From Podarcis muralis (lineage: Eukaryota), in NCBI RefSeq assembly GCF_964188315.1, contig NC_135668.1:9362001-9426000 (forward strand): DNA of 64,000 bases. Reading direction: 5' to 3'. The position numbers and the translations under genes are program-made. The notes beneath the pieces are model-generated. The model was given only the letters and a program-made list of their open reading frames with translations. It did not search any database and had not been told where the DNA came from. Positions 1 through 12,161 of the stretch are shown piece by piece. Numbering within the stretch: position 1 is the stretch's first letter; each line of letters begins with the position of its first letter.

Positions 1-498
1 TCCATTGCTCGGCCCCTACCCCGTTGGTGGGCCTTGCTGGGACTGCCCAGCTATGGCAGGTTGCAATAGTGTGAAAGAGGATTTCTGATATATTTCGGCT
101 GCTAGTGCCCGTCTTGGTAGCATAAAGGGCAATAAAACGGAAAGCCTACTTGAAAACATCTTACAACGTGGGGTCATGGTGAAATTAGGGACTTGATTTT
201 CCACCGACAGTTATGTACATCTATCACAATAAGGGATGGATGAATCTGCCAGTTTTCCCAGTTTCTCATTTTTCCAATCTTACATTCAGTTTTCCACATT
301 TTCGCAGGAAATTGCAAAAAATGTTTTGCCTTTTTTTATTTAAAAAAATCCTTATAGAAATTGATCAGCATTTTTGTGTGACTTTCTCCTTAAAAATAGC
401 ACCCTTCAACCCCAGCTAGCACTGCAGTAGGGTAGTGTAATGAGTGCAAAACCTGTGTAAGCCAGATAATAATGGTCTACAGACATAAACATTTACCC

Positions 499-577
499 TT
501 TATTAAGACTATTATTTGAACTTTATTCAAGAGCCCAGCAGCACACTGTGAAATTGATATGAGTATTCTTTTTATTG
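499..577 (-). terminator. TRIM69: Candidate TRIM69 polyadenylation signals
   Basis: Three minus-strand AATAAA (tttatt on +) at about 499, 522 and 571, roughly 600-680 nt past the stop. Confidence 0.45.
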
Positions 578-1177
578 GATTTCATCAAACAAATACAAAA
601 GGACACACCAAAACATTTTTGTGGGGGAACAAGTTTTATCCCAGAGTTATTGCTTATTAACCTTTGCTTCTGCTCCCTGCCATTTCTAAGCTGAATATTT
701 TTCTAATAAATATACATGTGGACAATTTTATACATGTGCTAAACTTGCGCTACATTGTGAACTCGAGAGGATTTTTAAAAAATTAATAATAATTTTAATT
801 TTTTGCCTTTCGGGGGGAAAATATATATAATTAATCTCTCCTTACAAGCTTACAATTAGGAGTGGTTAATGTAAGAATTCTGTAGGCCTCAACTGCGATG
901 CCACTTTTAGGGACCTACGTGGGATCCTGCTAACTTTTCAGACATGGCAGGGCTGTGCAGCAGAAATGAAGCTGGACCACAGGAAGGGCAGGGTAGCTAC
1001 CAGAGCAGGTCCCAATGATAGAGCCAGAGTTATGTCCCAAAAGAAGTCCAGGGGCACCTGCCGTCCCCTTTCATTGACAATGGGATCTTAGCACTGGATC
1101 ATGTGAGTTGTCTTTATCTAAATAGCTCAGGGTGAAAGAGATCTATTTTACACTAGGTTCTCCTTCTCACCCTGGCT

Positions 1178-1722
1178 CTATAAGTGAAAAGCAACAAGTC
1201 TCAGGGGCTCACTGTTTTGTCCTGCATCGTTCAGACATGGACAAAGGTATGGGTAGAGTTTCTCTGCAAAATTGTCCATGAAAGTGTAGATGTGAGACAT
1301 ATTGTCTGCATTATAAAAGGATACCTGACCACCCTCATAATCCAAGAACACCCCAATTCTAGAGGGAATTTTGGACAGGGCCAGAGGTCTTGATTCCATG
1401 TCTATAGCTTTAAACTCATTCTTATTCCTTAGCTTTATAAGCCAGTGACCCTCTTTGGGGGACAGTGGGTAGTTCCCTTTACGGTTAATGCTCTCTCTCA
1501 CAACCCCCAAGGTCCATTTGGTCTTGTTCCATGTCTCCACTTCCCAGTAGTGTCTCCCAGTGGTGAACCCTTCAGCCGCCAGGACAGAAACACTGCAGTC
1601 AAATCTCTCTGGAACGTCCGGCAAAACTAGCTTTGTGTCAGTATGTCTCACGCAGGTCATCCTGTCAGAGAGAACCAAGTTTGGATGTGCGGTTTTGGGG
1701 TCCAGAGTCAGGAAGGAAATGT
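1178..1722 (-). CDS. TRIM69: TRIM69 coding exon 6 (PRY-SPRY/B30.2 domain, stop TAG)
   Basis: Acceptor ccag|AC (phase 1) gives [19 protein letters not shown]...HYWEVE...[18 protein letters not shown]...[19 protein letters not shown]. The PCLNDxGxNxEPL ending matches TRIM69 as recalled. Confidence 0.95.
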
Positions 1723-2976
1723 CTGGTGGGATCAAGAAAAACATGACTATTGTAGCATTGGAGACATTTAAGGACAATTGTGAAAGTGTAAAAACACCCA
1801 ATAAATAAGGTTCTACTGTCAGAATGTGTTATGGAAAAAAAATTATTCCTCAGTATATGATGTTCTCTTTAATGCACCAGCTAAGGTCTTAATTCAACAG
1901 CTTTGCTGAAGCTAAGCAAGTCTGGGTTTGGCAAATGTTGAGTTTGGAAACCACTAAGAATTCTGTTTAGGCTGTCTTAAGTTCCATAGTGGAAGAAAAA
2001 TGAGATATAAATACATGAAAAACATTAAGTAAACTTTTTTCTAGATGTAAAGATATGCAAGCTATTTATGAAAACCTGCCTTCCCTGCCCCAACAATAAA
2101 GTAATACAATGTCAATTTAGTTTTTGCCACTTTCATTTTAAAGTTTGCAGTCCAAATGCCACTTAACTCACTAATGCTGAATGGCAGTATCTTCAGCTAC
2201 AGCACCTTTTAGTGTCTATTTATAGACTGTAGGCACTGAGTAACTAGATATCTCCAATATTGCTGGAGGAAATAGTTGGGTATTTGTGAAATGGTTGTTG
2301 AGAAATGTTTTTGGGAATGTTGTAAATGGGATTTTCATAAACTTGTTGATGAATGAATAGAGCATTCCATTCACCTCTAATCACTGAAAAGTTGCTTCAG
2401 CATCTATATGTAGCGATGAAGCAGAGATTTAAAATGGAGTTAAAATGGAGTGATGTTAATTCAGCAAAAATTGATGTTCCGTGTATATTGGACTCCACAA
2501 CACTTTTAGAGAAAGGAATTTGCTAGTTCAGGCAGATGCTGGTGATGTAACACTGAAAACACCTCTTTGAGGTATCTTCTTTTAGGTTAGAAATTATTGT
2601 TCATGTTAACTTTGTTTTGAAGAAACTGATTTGTAGATGTTTTCACTCTCTTAAATAATATTCCTGTGTTGTCGGGGACTAACAGGAGACAACAAAAAAT
2701 GATAGTGCAAGCCCTTATTGTGGTGAGAAAGAGGAATCAGAACACTTATGTGAAGCTCAGTGACTGCCTGTCTTTTCCCTTAAACCATTTTACAGCACGG
2801 CCCTATACAAATTTATGGTGCCTTTCCTGCCAAATTTGATGCAGTGCCAAATTTTTTAATGCCTTGCTGCAGTATCTTTAGAATTACTCAGAAGTTAGTT
2901 CAGTGGGGCTTACTCCCATGTGTGTATAGAGCTGCAGCTTTTGTTTGATTTAAAGATGAGTAAGTGGTACAGGACA

Positions 2977-3265
2977 GGGACGCGGATGGCGCTGTGAGCT
3001 CCCATTGCTCGGTCCCTGCTCCTGCCAACCTAGCAGTTCAAAAGGACGTCAAAGTGCAAGTAGATAAATAGGTACTGCTCCGGCGGGAAGGTAAACGGCG
3101 TTTCCGTGTGCTGCTCTGGTTCGCCAGAAGCGGCTTAGTCATGTTGGCCACATGACCCGGAAGCTGTGCACCGGCTCCCTCGGCCAATAAAGCGAGATGA
3201 GCGCCGCAACCTCAGAGTTGGTCACGACTGGACCTAATGGTCAGGGGTCCCTTTACCTTTACCTT
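2977..3265 (+). mobile_element. Sauria SINE with internal deletion
   Basis: gggacgcgg head, (ACCTTT)n tail, 16-bp TSD taagtggtacaggaca (2961-2976 and 3266-3281). Confidence 0.9.
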
Positions 3266-3290
3266 TAAGTGGTACAGGACACAGCTTTAC

Positions 3291-3415
3291 CTGGGCTGAG
3301 GATGGATTTCATTTCCTTCCATACGGCATAATGTATGGGCCCTTTGTAGTCCCCTGCATTCAGAGTTCCGATCACTAGTTCACCCAGAGATGAATTTTCC
3401 GTTTTCTGTTCCATC
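3291..3415 (-). CDS. TRIM69: TRIM69 coding exon 5 (125 nt)
   Basis: tgcag|G ATG GAA...CCA G|gtaaag encodes MEQKTENSSLGELVIGTLNAGDYKGPIHYAVWKEMKSILSP. Phases fit both neighbours. Confidence 0.93.
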
Positions 3416-3859
3416 CTGCACAAATCACGAATTCACATTCCAGTTAGCAGGAAGTGATACTACCTGGAAAAAGGGTTCTATAAACAACCATTATAGTGGT
3501 TCACATATCAAAACAAATCTTCATTGCTTAGCCAAAGGCCATCAAAGCATTCAAAAGTATAATGACAATGTGGGATGCACTGCTCAAAATATACTTAAAA
3601 CATGTTTGCATAAGATAATGCATTACTATATTCAGTATTGTTGACAGTGATTAAAAACTGTAAGAGGCATTCTAGAAATGGCTACAATAGGACCCTATAA
3701 ATGAATAAAAATAACAATAACAATAATGGTGCAGCAGTAGTTGGAGCAAAGGAGGAACGGAAAGATAAATTTTCAGCAGCATATACTAGTATGCTTCATG
3801 TTCACATTAAGCCATAATTTGCCTGAAGATACATTTGTGACCAATTAAAATATAAGTTC

Positions 3860-4250
3860 ACTATGTTTCTCATTTTCCGAATATTAAATTCAGTTCTCCA
3901 CATTTCTATAGCAATTTAATATTCTGTCCATCCCCCTGCCCCCTAAAAAAGTTCTTTAAAATTTGCCAGCATTTTTGGGTGCATTTCTCCTACTAAGCAC
4001 ACATGTGTATGCAGTTTTGACAAATGTACACATTTTTGCAATTAATGGCCCTTAATATAATGCTATTTTGCATGTTATTTTAACTAAAATGTACGATTAA
4101 TTTGGATGCAGAACTGCATTGAAAAATTCAAAGTAGTGCAAATTTTGATGGCTAGCTGTGTTTCAGTTCAGAATCTGTTTCATAAAATGTGAAATGCTGA
4201 GGTAGTTTCTCCTCAAAATGCAAACAAAATCTAATTTCTCTTCCATCCCT
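3860..4250. mobile_element. Old AT-rich MITE remnant with AGGGATGG-type ends (hAT-Ac-like, tentative)
   Basis: Related segments at about 230-420, 10150-10385, 38450-38693 and 47750-47820. Confidence 0.5.
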
Positions 4251-4492
4251 ACACTCTGACATATGCCAGCAGAAGAGAAGGGCACACTTGAGGCCAAGGC
4301 TCATGCTACCTCATTCCTGTAATATTAAATTATGCTACAGGCAACTCTCAACTTATGTGACGCTTACGTTCCAGAGATAGCACACAATGCAAAAATTGAG
4401 TGTAGTCAAAAGACATTTGGTGCAATGGTGGGGGAAATTGCCATAGGTCCCCCCCCCCCCCCGCTGCCCAAACATCACCCACTTTCCACCCG

Positions 4493-4493
<1 letters not shown>

Positions 4494-4537
<44 letters not shown>
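4494..4537. repeat. (TG)n microsatellite
   Basis: Seen directly. Confidence 0.98.
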
Positions 4538-4538
<1 letters not shown>

Positions 4539-4939
4539 CTGGAACCCAAGCCTCAATGTTCACAAGTTAAATATGTGTAAGTTATGAGTTACCTGTATAG
4601 TGTTATGTCTGAACCAGGCCCTACTCTTCTGTAATATGAAATATCGCCCTTAATTACATATGGTGAAACCTACAATATTTAGCCCTATTTAGCGATTTAG
4701 TATCCATAGACGATACCAAGAACCAAGGTATCAAGAATGCATAGCCTGGTCCCTTGGAGAACATCCTGCCATTGGCACACATGCCAACTTTCGAGGGCAT
4801 GGCTAGTATACTCATTCCTGCTACCCACCCTATCACACTCACATTTGGTACCCACACCTGAATAAGGCTTGTCCCCTGACTGATTAAAGAAAGCCTGCCT
4901 TACTGTTTTGATAACACTTGCTCACAGACTCACACTTAC

Positions 4940-4962
4940 TTTTCCATGAAAGCTTTTATTCC
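4940..4962 (-). CDS. TRIM69: TRIM69 coding exon 4 (23-nt micro-exon)
   Basis: Pyrimidine tract + gacag|GGAATAAAAGCTTTCATGGAAAA|gtaagt. A 23-nt phase 0-2 exon is typical of B30.2 TRIM genes. Confidence 0.88.
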
Positions 4963-5850
4963 CTGTCAGAGGAAAGGAGAGAGAGGGGAAAAAACAGTTA
5001 TTTGCTAATGGTCTTTGGGACACACTTTCAGCATATGTGGAACCTAGCAAACCCAAACAGGACAGGTGGTTCATTGCGCCAGAAACCAATCGATGCCCCT
5101 CACAGCATGCCTGTCTCCTCTCCCAGAAGGTGTTTCTTTTCTCACAGATGCTCAAGGTGATCTAAAAAGCTGCTTTCACCAAATCTCTCTGCGAGGCTAT
5201 AAAAACATACTGCTGTTGCTGTATCCCAGATTCCCTTCTTCTGTTTTCAGCTTCCATTAATAAAGGGGCAAAACAAGTCTATGTGGGGACAGGGAGGAAG
5301 GAAAGCAGTAGATTAACTGCCGCATCCTAAATCCTACCAGCCAACTAGTGTGAATTTTCTCCTAAATCTTTGCTATATCAGCTCCAGGCTAGCATAGGTG
5401 TTAAGGCCCGAGTATCAAAGCCTTCTGGCAGCAGGCATTGTGGGGTAGTGAATTGGCACACACACACACTCAAGGCCACTGCTCACGTCGTCATTAGCTT
5501 GGCTGACTGGCTTCCTGCCTCACCTCCATGTAAGATGGCCCAAATAAAATTTGTGCTTTAGCTAATAGAAATTTAGGGCTTCTTCCTGTGCCACAAAGAG
5601 CTGGACATTTTGCATCTCCCTGGTCAGGACCTTCAGAGCTCAAGTGATGCAGTCAAGGGGAAACACAGGGTAATGCAACTCAGAGCATCATTTCCTGCAG
5701 CTGGAAAACTCCCTTTTTTCATTAACATATTCCTTATTACTATGGGCTGTTTCCTTATACTAAGCATGCAGTGACTGGACTAGAAATCTCTGAAATCACC
5801 CATGGACAATATCCCAAACAATGCTGTACAGTTAAGTCCAAATTCCTTAC

Positions 5851-6084
5851 TTTCAGGAAGCCAGCAGAATTCTGCTGGTACAGACGGGCCTGAATGCAGA
5901 CCAGGGTATCCTTAGCGCTCTGTGTTTGGTCTTGGAGTTTGTTTAGATTTGCCTCCATTTCTTGGAGGAGAATTTCACCCTCTTCTTTTAACTGATTGAT
6001 GTACATTTTCTCCTTGCCATGCAGAAACTGGTGCAGTTTTAGAAATTCCAAGGAAATGTGGTACTGAAATTGCAATCTGTTCTC
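5851..6084 (-). CDS. TRIM69: TRIM69 coding exon 3 (coiled coil, 234 nt)
   Basis: ttccag|GAG AAC...CTG AAA|gtaagg encodes ENRLQFQYHISLEFLKLHQFLHGKEK...QQNSAGFLK. Confidence 0.95.
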
Positions 6085-6516
6085 CTGGAAAAAAATAATT
6101 TATCAGACAAAGCAAAGGGTGCTCTAGTAGCTGATATAAATATTTTTATAAATACATAAGATCTCTTTTTTTGAAAACTGTGGTCTATTACTGCTTTGTA
6201 ATATTTCAGTGACCCTTTCGCAGTATTAAGACCCCATCTGGAAGCACACAATTATTAAAATAGCAACATTATTGTTGGGGGGAATTCTCTAGATTTTCTT
6301 TTCCTCTTTAATAATAGGGAATCAAGAGCAAATTCAAAGTGCATCATGTTACAACTCCAGACAAGCTTACTTTTATATCAGGGGTTGGCAGACTTCAGGC
6401 ATGTCAAATTTATTTTATTTATTTATTACTAAAATCACATGATCTGTCAACCAGACCTTGTGCAAAAGCCATATAGTTAGAATTAAAGAACAAGGTATCT
6501 CTGAGTACATCCTGAT

Positions 6517-6606
6517 CATAGCTGTCAACTTTTCCCTTTTCTTGCATGGAATCCTATTCGGAATAAGGGAATTTCCCTTAAAAAAAGGAAAAAGTTGACA
6601 GCTATG
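6517..6606. mobile_element. 90-bp hAT mini-MITE
   Basis: TIR CATAGCTGTCAACT; 8-bp TSD atcctgat; second copy at 34938-35027. Confidence 0.88.
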
Positions 6607-7298
6607 ATCCTGATATTAGAATTTGTTTTCAGTACCAGAACTGAACAGAGCTCACAGACTTTTCAGACAAAAGTTAGCTTGGGCTGTGTACACATTACTA
6701 GATTAAAACATAGTTGGGGCATTTCCCCTCCACTGGATTTCAAATTGCATTTGCACATCGTTGATAATTATAATAAGGGTGGTGATGATAATTTCATTAC
6801 ATATTGTTAAGTACCTCAGTATGGCTGGATGTGTTTCTAAGTAGCCTGGTGTCTGTTCACACCATTGGATGGAGAGAAGATGCAGGTGTCTTGATATTGT
6901 TCAAATAAGATTGAAGCTACTTTGGGGGGAACTGCATCAAAACACAGAACTTCTCAAGAAACTACAGAACAGATGTGGATTGTGACTAACAGTTGCATGT
7001 GTACATGGTTTCACAAACCAGTGGTGGGAGCACATTGGGTTCAGAGTAAACTGAAGTATATGCACAGCATTCTAGTTAGTTAGCTTCCTTCATTCAAGTG
7101 ATTTAATGTAGGTATGGAAAACACTGTGTACACACAGCAGTTTAAAGTGGATTCAGTGCATTCCATGTGTGCCTGTTTTTCACACAATGTTATCCTCATC
7201 CAAGGGGCAGCCTATACTTTCCCTCCTCATAATTTGAATTTTCCTGAACTATGGATAAAGCAGTGAAGCGGTGGGGTGGAATCCAATATAAAATCTCA

Positions 7299-7880
7299 TG
7301 TTACCCAATTGTGGGTGTACTGCAGTTCACCCTGATGGCCTGGGAATCCGATTCAGAGGATGAACCGGAGGAATCCCAGCCGGCACAGGAGTCCCCGTCT
7401 CCAGGGCCGGCTGAACTGGGGCAGGGCCTTGATTCTGAGGCGCCTGCACCTGTGCCGGATCCTCAGGAGCAGGCACCAGGTGAACCCATTCTGGCTCCAG
7501 AGGTAGTTGAGGACTCAGTGCCTACAGGTGAGCCTCCCCCTGGGCCCAGTAACCCTTCAGCCTCTCCTGAACTGCAGAGGCTCAGGGCAGAGAGGCGAAG
7601 GGAACTGGCTTCTCCCAGGAGGAGTGCTCGCCTTAAGGCCAAGAGAGGAGGGTCTCCTGGGCGCCGGGACCGCCCCTGGCCTCAGAGAAGATAAAGGCCA
7701 GTCAGCAACGTCATCATTGTAGAGCTGTTTCGGCCAGCATCCAGTCCTGTTCCTCCAGTGTTCCTGTCCTTGCCCGGTTCCTCGCTGTGGACCCCGCTTT
7801 GCCCGTGGAGGACTGTCTGCCGACCCTCGACTCAGGTCCTGGACCTCGCCCCACGGTAACCTCCCCCCGGGACCAGCACA
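7299..7880 (+). mobile_element. Solo LTR-like element (Gypsy-type) containing an ORF at 7335-7694
   Basis: GC-rich island bounded by TG...CA; possible 4-bp TSD ctca/ttca; gataaa TATA-like site near 7690. The left boundary is uncertain. Confidence 0.55.
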
Positions 7881-8715
7881 TTCACTTTGCGGATGGATGG
7901 GTGGCTGAGTGGGGCATTTTTTACATGTTGGTGACATTTTTCTTGTTCCCATCTATTTCCACAAACCACTATGTCCAATGGTGAGGCACTCCTTAATGGC
8001 TTACAACTGGTGTACAACATTTCTCCGATGAAAATAGGTACGTCCCATTCCATAATGATAATTTTACTATTTATACATCATACATCTTACTGGGTTGCCC
8101 CAGCCACTCTGGGTGGCTTTCAACATATAATAAAACATTAACCCTTAAAAAAAAAAACCTTCCCTATACAGTATTGCCTTCAGACAGCTTGGGGGTCGAA
8201 AAACTCCATACCCTCCAACATTTCTCCAGTGAAAATAGGGACATCCTAAGGAAAAGCGGGACATTCCATGATCAAATCAGATACCAGGACAGCTTCTCTA
8301 AATCAAGGATGCCCCTGTTAAATAGGGACACGGAGGATCTGAAATTGTTTGCCTCTTTTGTGCAAGTCTGGTATATCTAATGACTTGTACCTCAAAAATA
8401 AAAAATAGGTCATGCACAGGTAAACAAATACGTGAAGGCATGCCCACTATGGTCCTCAGGCTTCCAGAACTCTGGGAGGGTTGGGAAGTGTTAATTGAGA
8501 GGAGAAGTCGGAAGCTCATAATGCAAACACACCTCATCAAGCACCACCCACAAGTGTGGATGGGAATGCGTTCAGAGAGAAATCAATTGAAAGAGCTCAT
8601 GTGTGGACAAACATGCACCAAAGCTACAAGGAAAAATCGGATCTGTGAGACCCACGTGTGCATTAACACTCTGGTGTGTAGACAAAGTAATTTTGCTGCT
8701 GCTATTCTTAAACAC

Positions 8716-9074
8716 GGGACGCGGGTGGCGCTGTGGGTTAAAGCCTCAGTGCCTAGGACTTGCCGATCGAAAGGTCGGCGGTTCGAATCCCCGCGGTGGG
8801 GTGCGCTCCCATCGCTCGGTCCCAGCGCCTGCCAACCTAGCAGTTCGAAAGCACCCTTGGGTGCAAGTAGATAAATAGGGACCGCTTACTGGCGGGAAGG
8901 TAAATGGCGTTTCCGTGTGCGGCTCTGGCTCACCAGATGCAGCTTGTCATGCTGGCCACGTGACCCGGAAGTGTCTGCGGACAGCGCTGGCCCCCGGCCT
9001 CTTGAGTGAGATGGGCGCACAACCCTAGAGTCTGTCAAGACTGGCCCGTACAGGCAGGGGTACCTTTACCTTTT
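8716..9074 (+). mobile_element. Sauria SINE, full length
   Basis: tRNA-like head with B box ggttcgaatcc, ACCTTT tail, 13-bp TSD tattcttaaacac. Confidence 0.92.
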
Positions 9075-9104
9075 TATTCTTAAACACACATTAATGCTAC
9101 TCAC

Positions 9105-9200
9105 TTTATGACTAGAAATCTTCTCCTCCTGAGCATTTTTCAACATCTCGAGTTTCATCATGATGGACCTCAGCTGCATTCTCATCATGAGCAGTTTTTC
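9105..9200 (-). CDS. TRIM69: TRIM69 coding exon 2 (96 nt, coiled coil)
   Basis: ctccag|GAA AAA...CAT AAA|gtgagt encodes EKLLMMRMQLRSIMMKLEMLKNAQEEKISSHK, the canonical 96-nt TRIM exon. Confidence 0.93.
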
Positions 9201-9401
9201 CTGGAGGGGTGGGGTGGGAACAATTCTATAATTCACAGAATAATTCTATAATTATAAAAATAATTCAGTCATTCTATATCCAAGGAAGGTGATCAGTCCC
9301 GTTTAAGTTTGCCAGCCGCATTACCAGAGTTGCATGAAACCTTTTAGTGGTGGTCACTGCATTTCACATCTTTCACAAGCATATTACTATATTGATAGGC
9401 A

Positions 9402-9573
9402 CAGTGCTTTTTTTCTTTAAAAATGTTTAGGGGTACTCTCTTTTTCCTACTCATATTGAAATAAAAAGGTAAAGGTAAAGTTACCCCTGTCCCTCAATGA
9501 GGCCAAACTTAGATTCACAAAATGTTTAGAGGTATGTGTATCCCCGTGTCGTCCCCCCAGAAAAAAAGCACTG
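9402..9573. mobile_element. hAT MITE (CAGTGCTTTTTT TIR)
   Basis: 8-bp TSD gataggca; contains a stub of a Sauria SINE tail; relatives at 30963-31099 (TSD cctgaaac) and about 41985-42145. Confidence 0.85.
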
Positions 9574-11210
9574 GATAGGCATATACTGTAAATATGTGCT
9601 TCCTATAACTCTCTGCAACATGCAAGGAGTCCATGACCAAGAGGCAGGCATTCCTTGGCAGATGAGTTAATCTGGAAAAGTGTTACTTTTAGTACAGCTA
9701 GAAATTTAGAAAATCACTGGCAGAATGCAAGCTGTTATGTTGGCACCATCTCTGTTCTTTTTGAGCTGTGCCAATCAGGAAGTATCTTTGCTTCATGGCT
9801 GAGGTTCTTTGATGTAATAGTAATGCCATCTGCAACTAAAACAACTTAAATCACAATACAGTACTAAGTAAGCCAAATTCCAAGTACTGTAAATATATGC
9901 ACAGGATTGGGCAAGACCTGCATTTGCCGTCTTCATGCACTAGAGGGCAACTTTAACTCACATGTCCTCCATTCACCCCCACAGAAAAATTTGAACTTAA
10001 GTCCTAGAAAGTCATAGAACCATAGGGAGGGGAAGAATCATAGGAAGGGACCACAAGGGCCATCTAGTCCAACCCCCTAACGCAGGAATATTTTCCCCCA
10101 ACGTGGGAACTCGAACCCACAACTTCTTCAAGTGTTGTGTAAAACAGTTCTACAACTCAAAATGGTGTAAAAACATGTGCATATGGGGAAAGCATACACA
10201 AAATTTAGTCAAAATAACATACAAAAATGCATGGTATTAAAGAAAACTGGTTGCAAAAATGCATATACTAAACAAAAAATGTGTGTATCAGGAGAAATGC
10301 TGACAAATATTCATTGCAAACTGATGCAGATATATGGCAAACTAAATTTGCAACTGGAATAATCAAATGTGACAGATTCATCCACATATAAAAAAGAGGA
10401 GAAATTCTTTTTAGAAATATTTTAAAATAGAAAAAAAAATACTTTAAAAATGTTTTCTGACACAGATGCTGTTTTGCTCATCATCAGGAGCGACATGGGT
10501 GCTACCCAACATGTGTTTGTGATACTCCGCACTATTCTGCACACGGCAGCCACAGTTGCAGTTGATACAACATCATGAGTGGCAATAAGCTTTCCTGGGT
10601 ACATGGAATTTTCCTTCTGCACAAAATGCAACCACGAGAAAAGCGGTCCATGAAGCAACTAATCTGTGCCACTTATGTGTGATAAAGCTGTTTGTTTGTT
10701 TGTTGGTTGGTAAGGCTCTAAGCTGCATCCAGTTAGCAGAAAAGTCTATTTGAGCTAGAGGCCTGCTTACTGAATGGAAGCATTTTAAAATGTTTGTACA
10801 GGATCATCTCCATCCATTGTTAAAACATTATCCAACCAGCCAGGAGGTTGTGGGTGCGGGGAGCAGGTGGCCCCAAAACTGGATCTTTTGAGCTGGGCCC
10901 CCAATTTCCTGACCCTTCCACCTTAAAAAACAAAACAAAAACTTTTTAAACAATGTTTATAGGGCAGCTGAGCATGCTGCAAAGCAAGGTGCTGTTGGGA
11001 CCTCAACCACCCAACTTCATTTTCCCAGAGGAACACTATACATTCATGCAAATTTGTGTCACGGGCAGGTACTTTTAAGTCCTTAGCAACGCCCAGCTAG
11101 CTTGAAAACATATATACACACCTTTGATTTCAATGGACCTGATAAGTAGGTACTTAGGTGTTTCCCTTTGAAACCAGCATGGTTTTAAAAAGCTTGGGTT
11201 GTATTTAGCT

Positions 11211-11511
11211 AAGGGCTTGTCCACACTTACCTTTCCTCCAGGTAGGGGCGCATGCATCCACTTTAAAACTCAGTGTTGAGCACCTCCTCTTCTTCTTCTT
11301 TTGTTCCTGAGATTTCCCCTCAAAAACCCGCTCATTAAAGCTGAATCAGAGCAAATGGCAATCTGCAGAAAGCCTAAAATGCCGTTTGCTCCAACTGAGC
11401 GCCAAAGCGCAGGTTTTCGCAGGGAAATCTGGGGCAAACATAAAACACTTGACACAGAGCTTTAAAGCACAGAACAGTGCCTGGGTCATAAAGGTAAGTG
11501 CAAATCAGCCC
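11211..11511. mobile_element. Palindromic MITE (PIF/Harbinger-like, tentative)
   Basis: Imperfect TIR gggcttgtccacacttacctt / aaggtaagtgcaaatcagccc, plus several internal inverted segments. Confidence 0.6.
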
Positions 11512-11669
11512 AGAGCCCTACTCCGAGTTGACCCACTGAAATTGAGAAATCCAAGTTAGTAGTGTCCATTAACTCCAGTGGGCCTGCTCTGAGTAGGACT
11601 AGCATATTGCCACTTGAGTTTGGCTGGATCATTTCCCATGTTTTGATCCGGCCTTGGTAAGATGGTTAC

Positions 11670-12161
11670 CGTATAAATCTGGACTGCATCTGGGATAAGG
11701 AGAAACTGGGTGCTTTGTTCTTTGGGCTGTTGAGTTTCTCGGCAGCTGAAGCAGGCTAGCTTTTCTTGCGGCTTCCAGTAGAGGGTGTATGGCTCGCTGT
11801 GTTCTATGCACTTCTGTTGCTGGCACCCCACGTGAAAGGTCTTAATCCTCTCCGCCATTTTCTCCAGTGTTTTGTTTGCTATGAACTTTCGCTCTGGAAC
11901 GCTCGCATGGCATTGTGGACAGAAGACTCCCTTTTTCCCCCATACTGCCTCTAGACAATTTTTGCAGAAGTTGTGGCCACAGGGCAGAATGACAGGCTCC
12001 TTAAACAGCTCTAGACATATAGCGCAGGATAACTCCTTGGTGAAATCATCTGCATGTATCTCCCAAGAGGTTTCAGAAGAACTGGCGCCGGCAGGTTGGG
12101 CTTCTTTTTCAGTTGTGGTAAATGAGGTAGTTGAAGGGTTTTTGCTTGCGGGTGTGGACAT
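11670..12161 (-). CDS. TRIM69: TRIM69 first coding exon (RING + degenerate B-box)
   Basis: C3HC4 RING (CAIC...CGHNFCKNC...CPQC), then CIEH...CFSC. Donor ACG|gtaacc. A likely acceptor lies 47 nt upstream of the ATG (exon top 12208). Confidence 0.95.

Noticed and set aside
4332-4580. Overlapping ORFs with CVCV/THTH runs
   Set aside because: Translations of a (TG)n microsatellite.
8716-8800. tRNA-like A/B boxes here and at about 17000, 25262, 29900 and 59000
   Set aside because: SINE heads; no complete cloverleaf, so not tRNA genes.
11730-11815. Degenerate B-box in TRIM69
   Set aside because: As recalled, mammalian TRIM69 is degenerate in the same way, so not a novelty or a sign of pseudogenisation.
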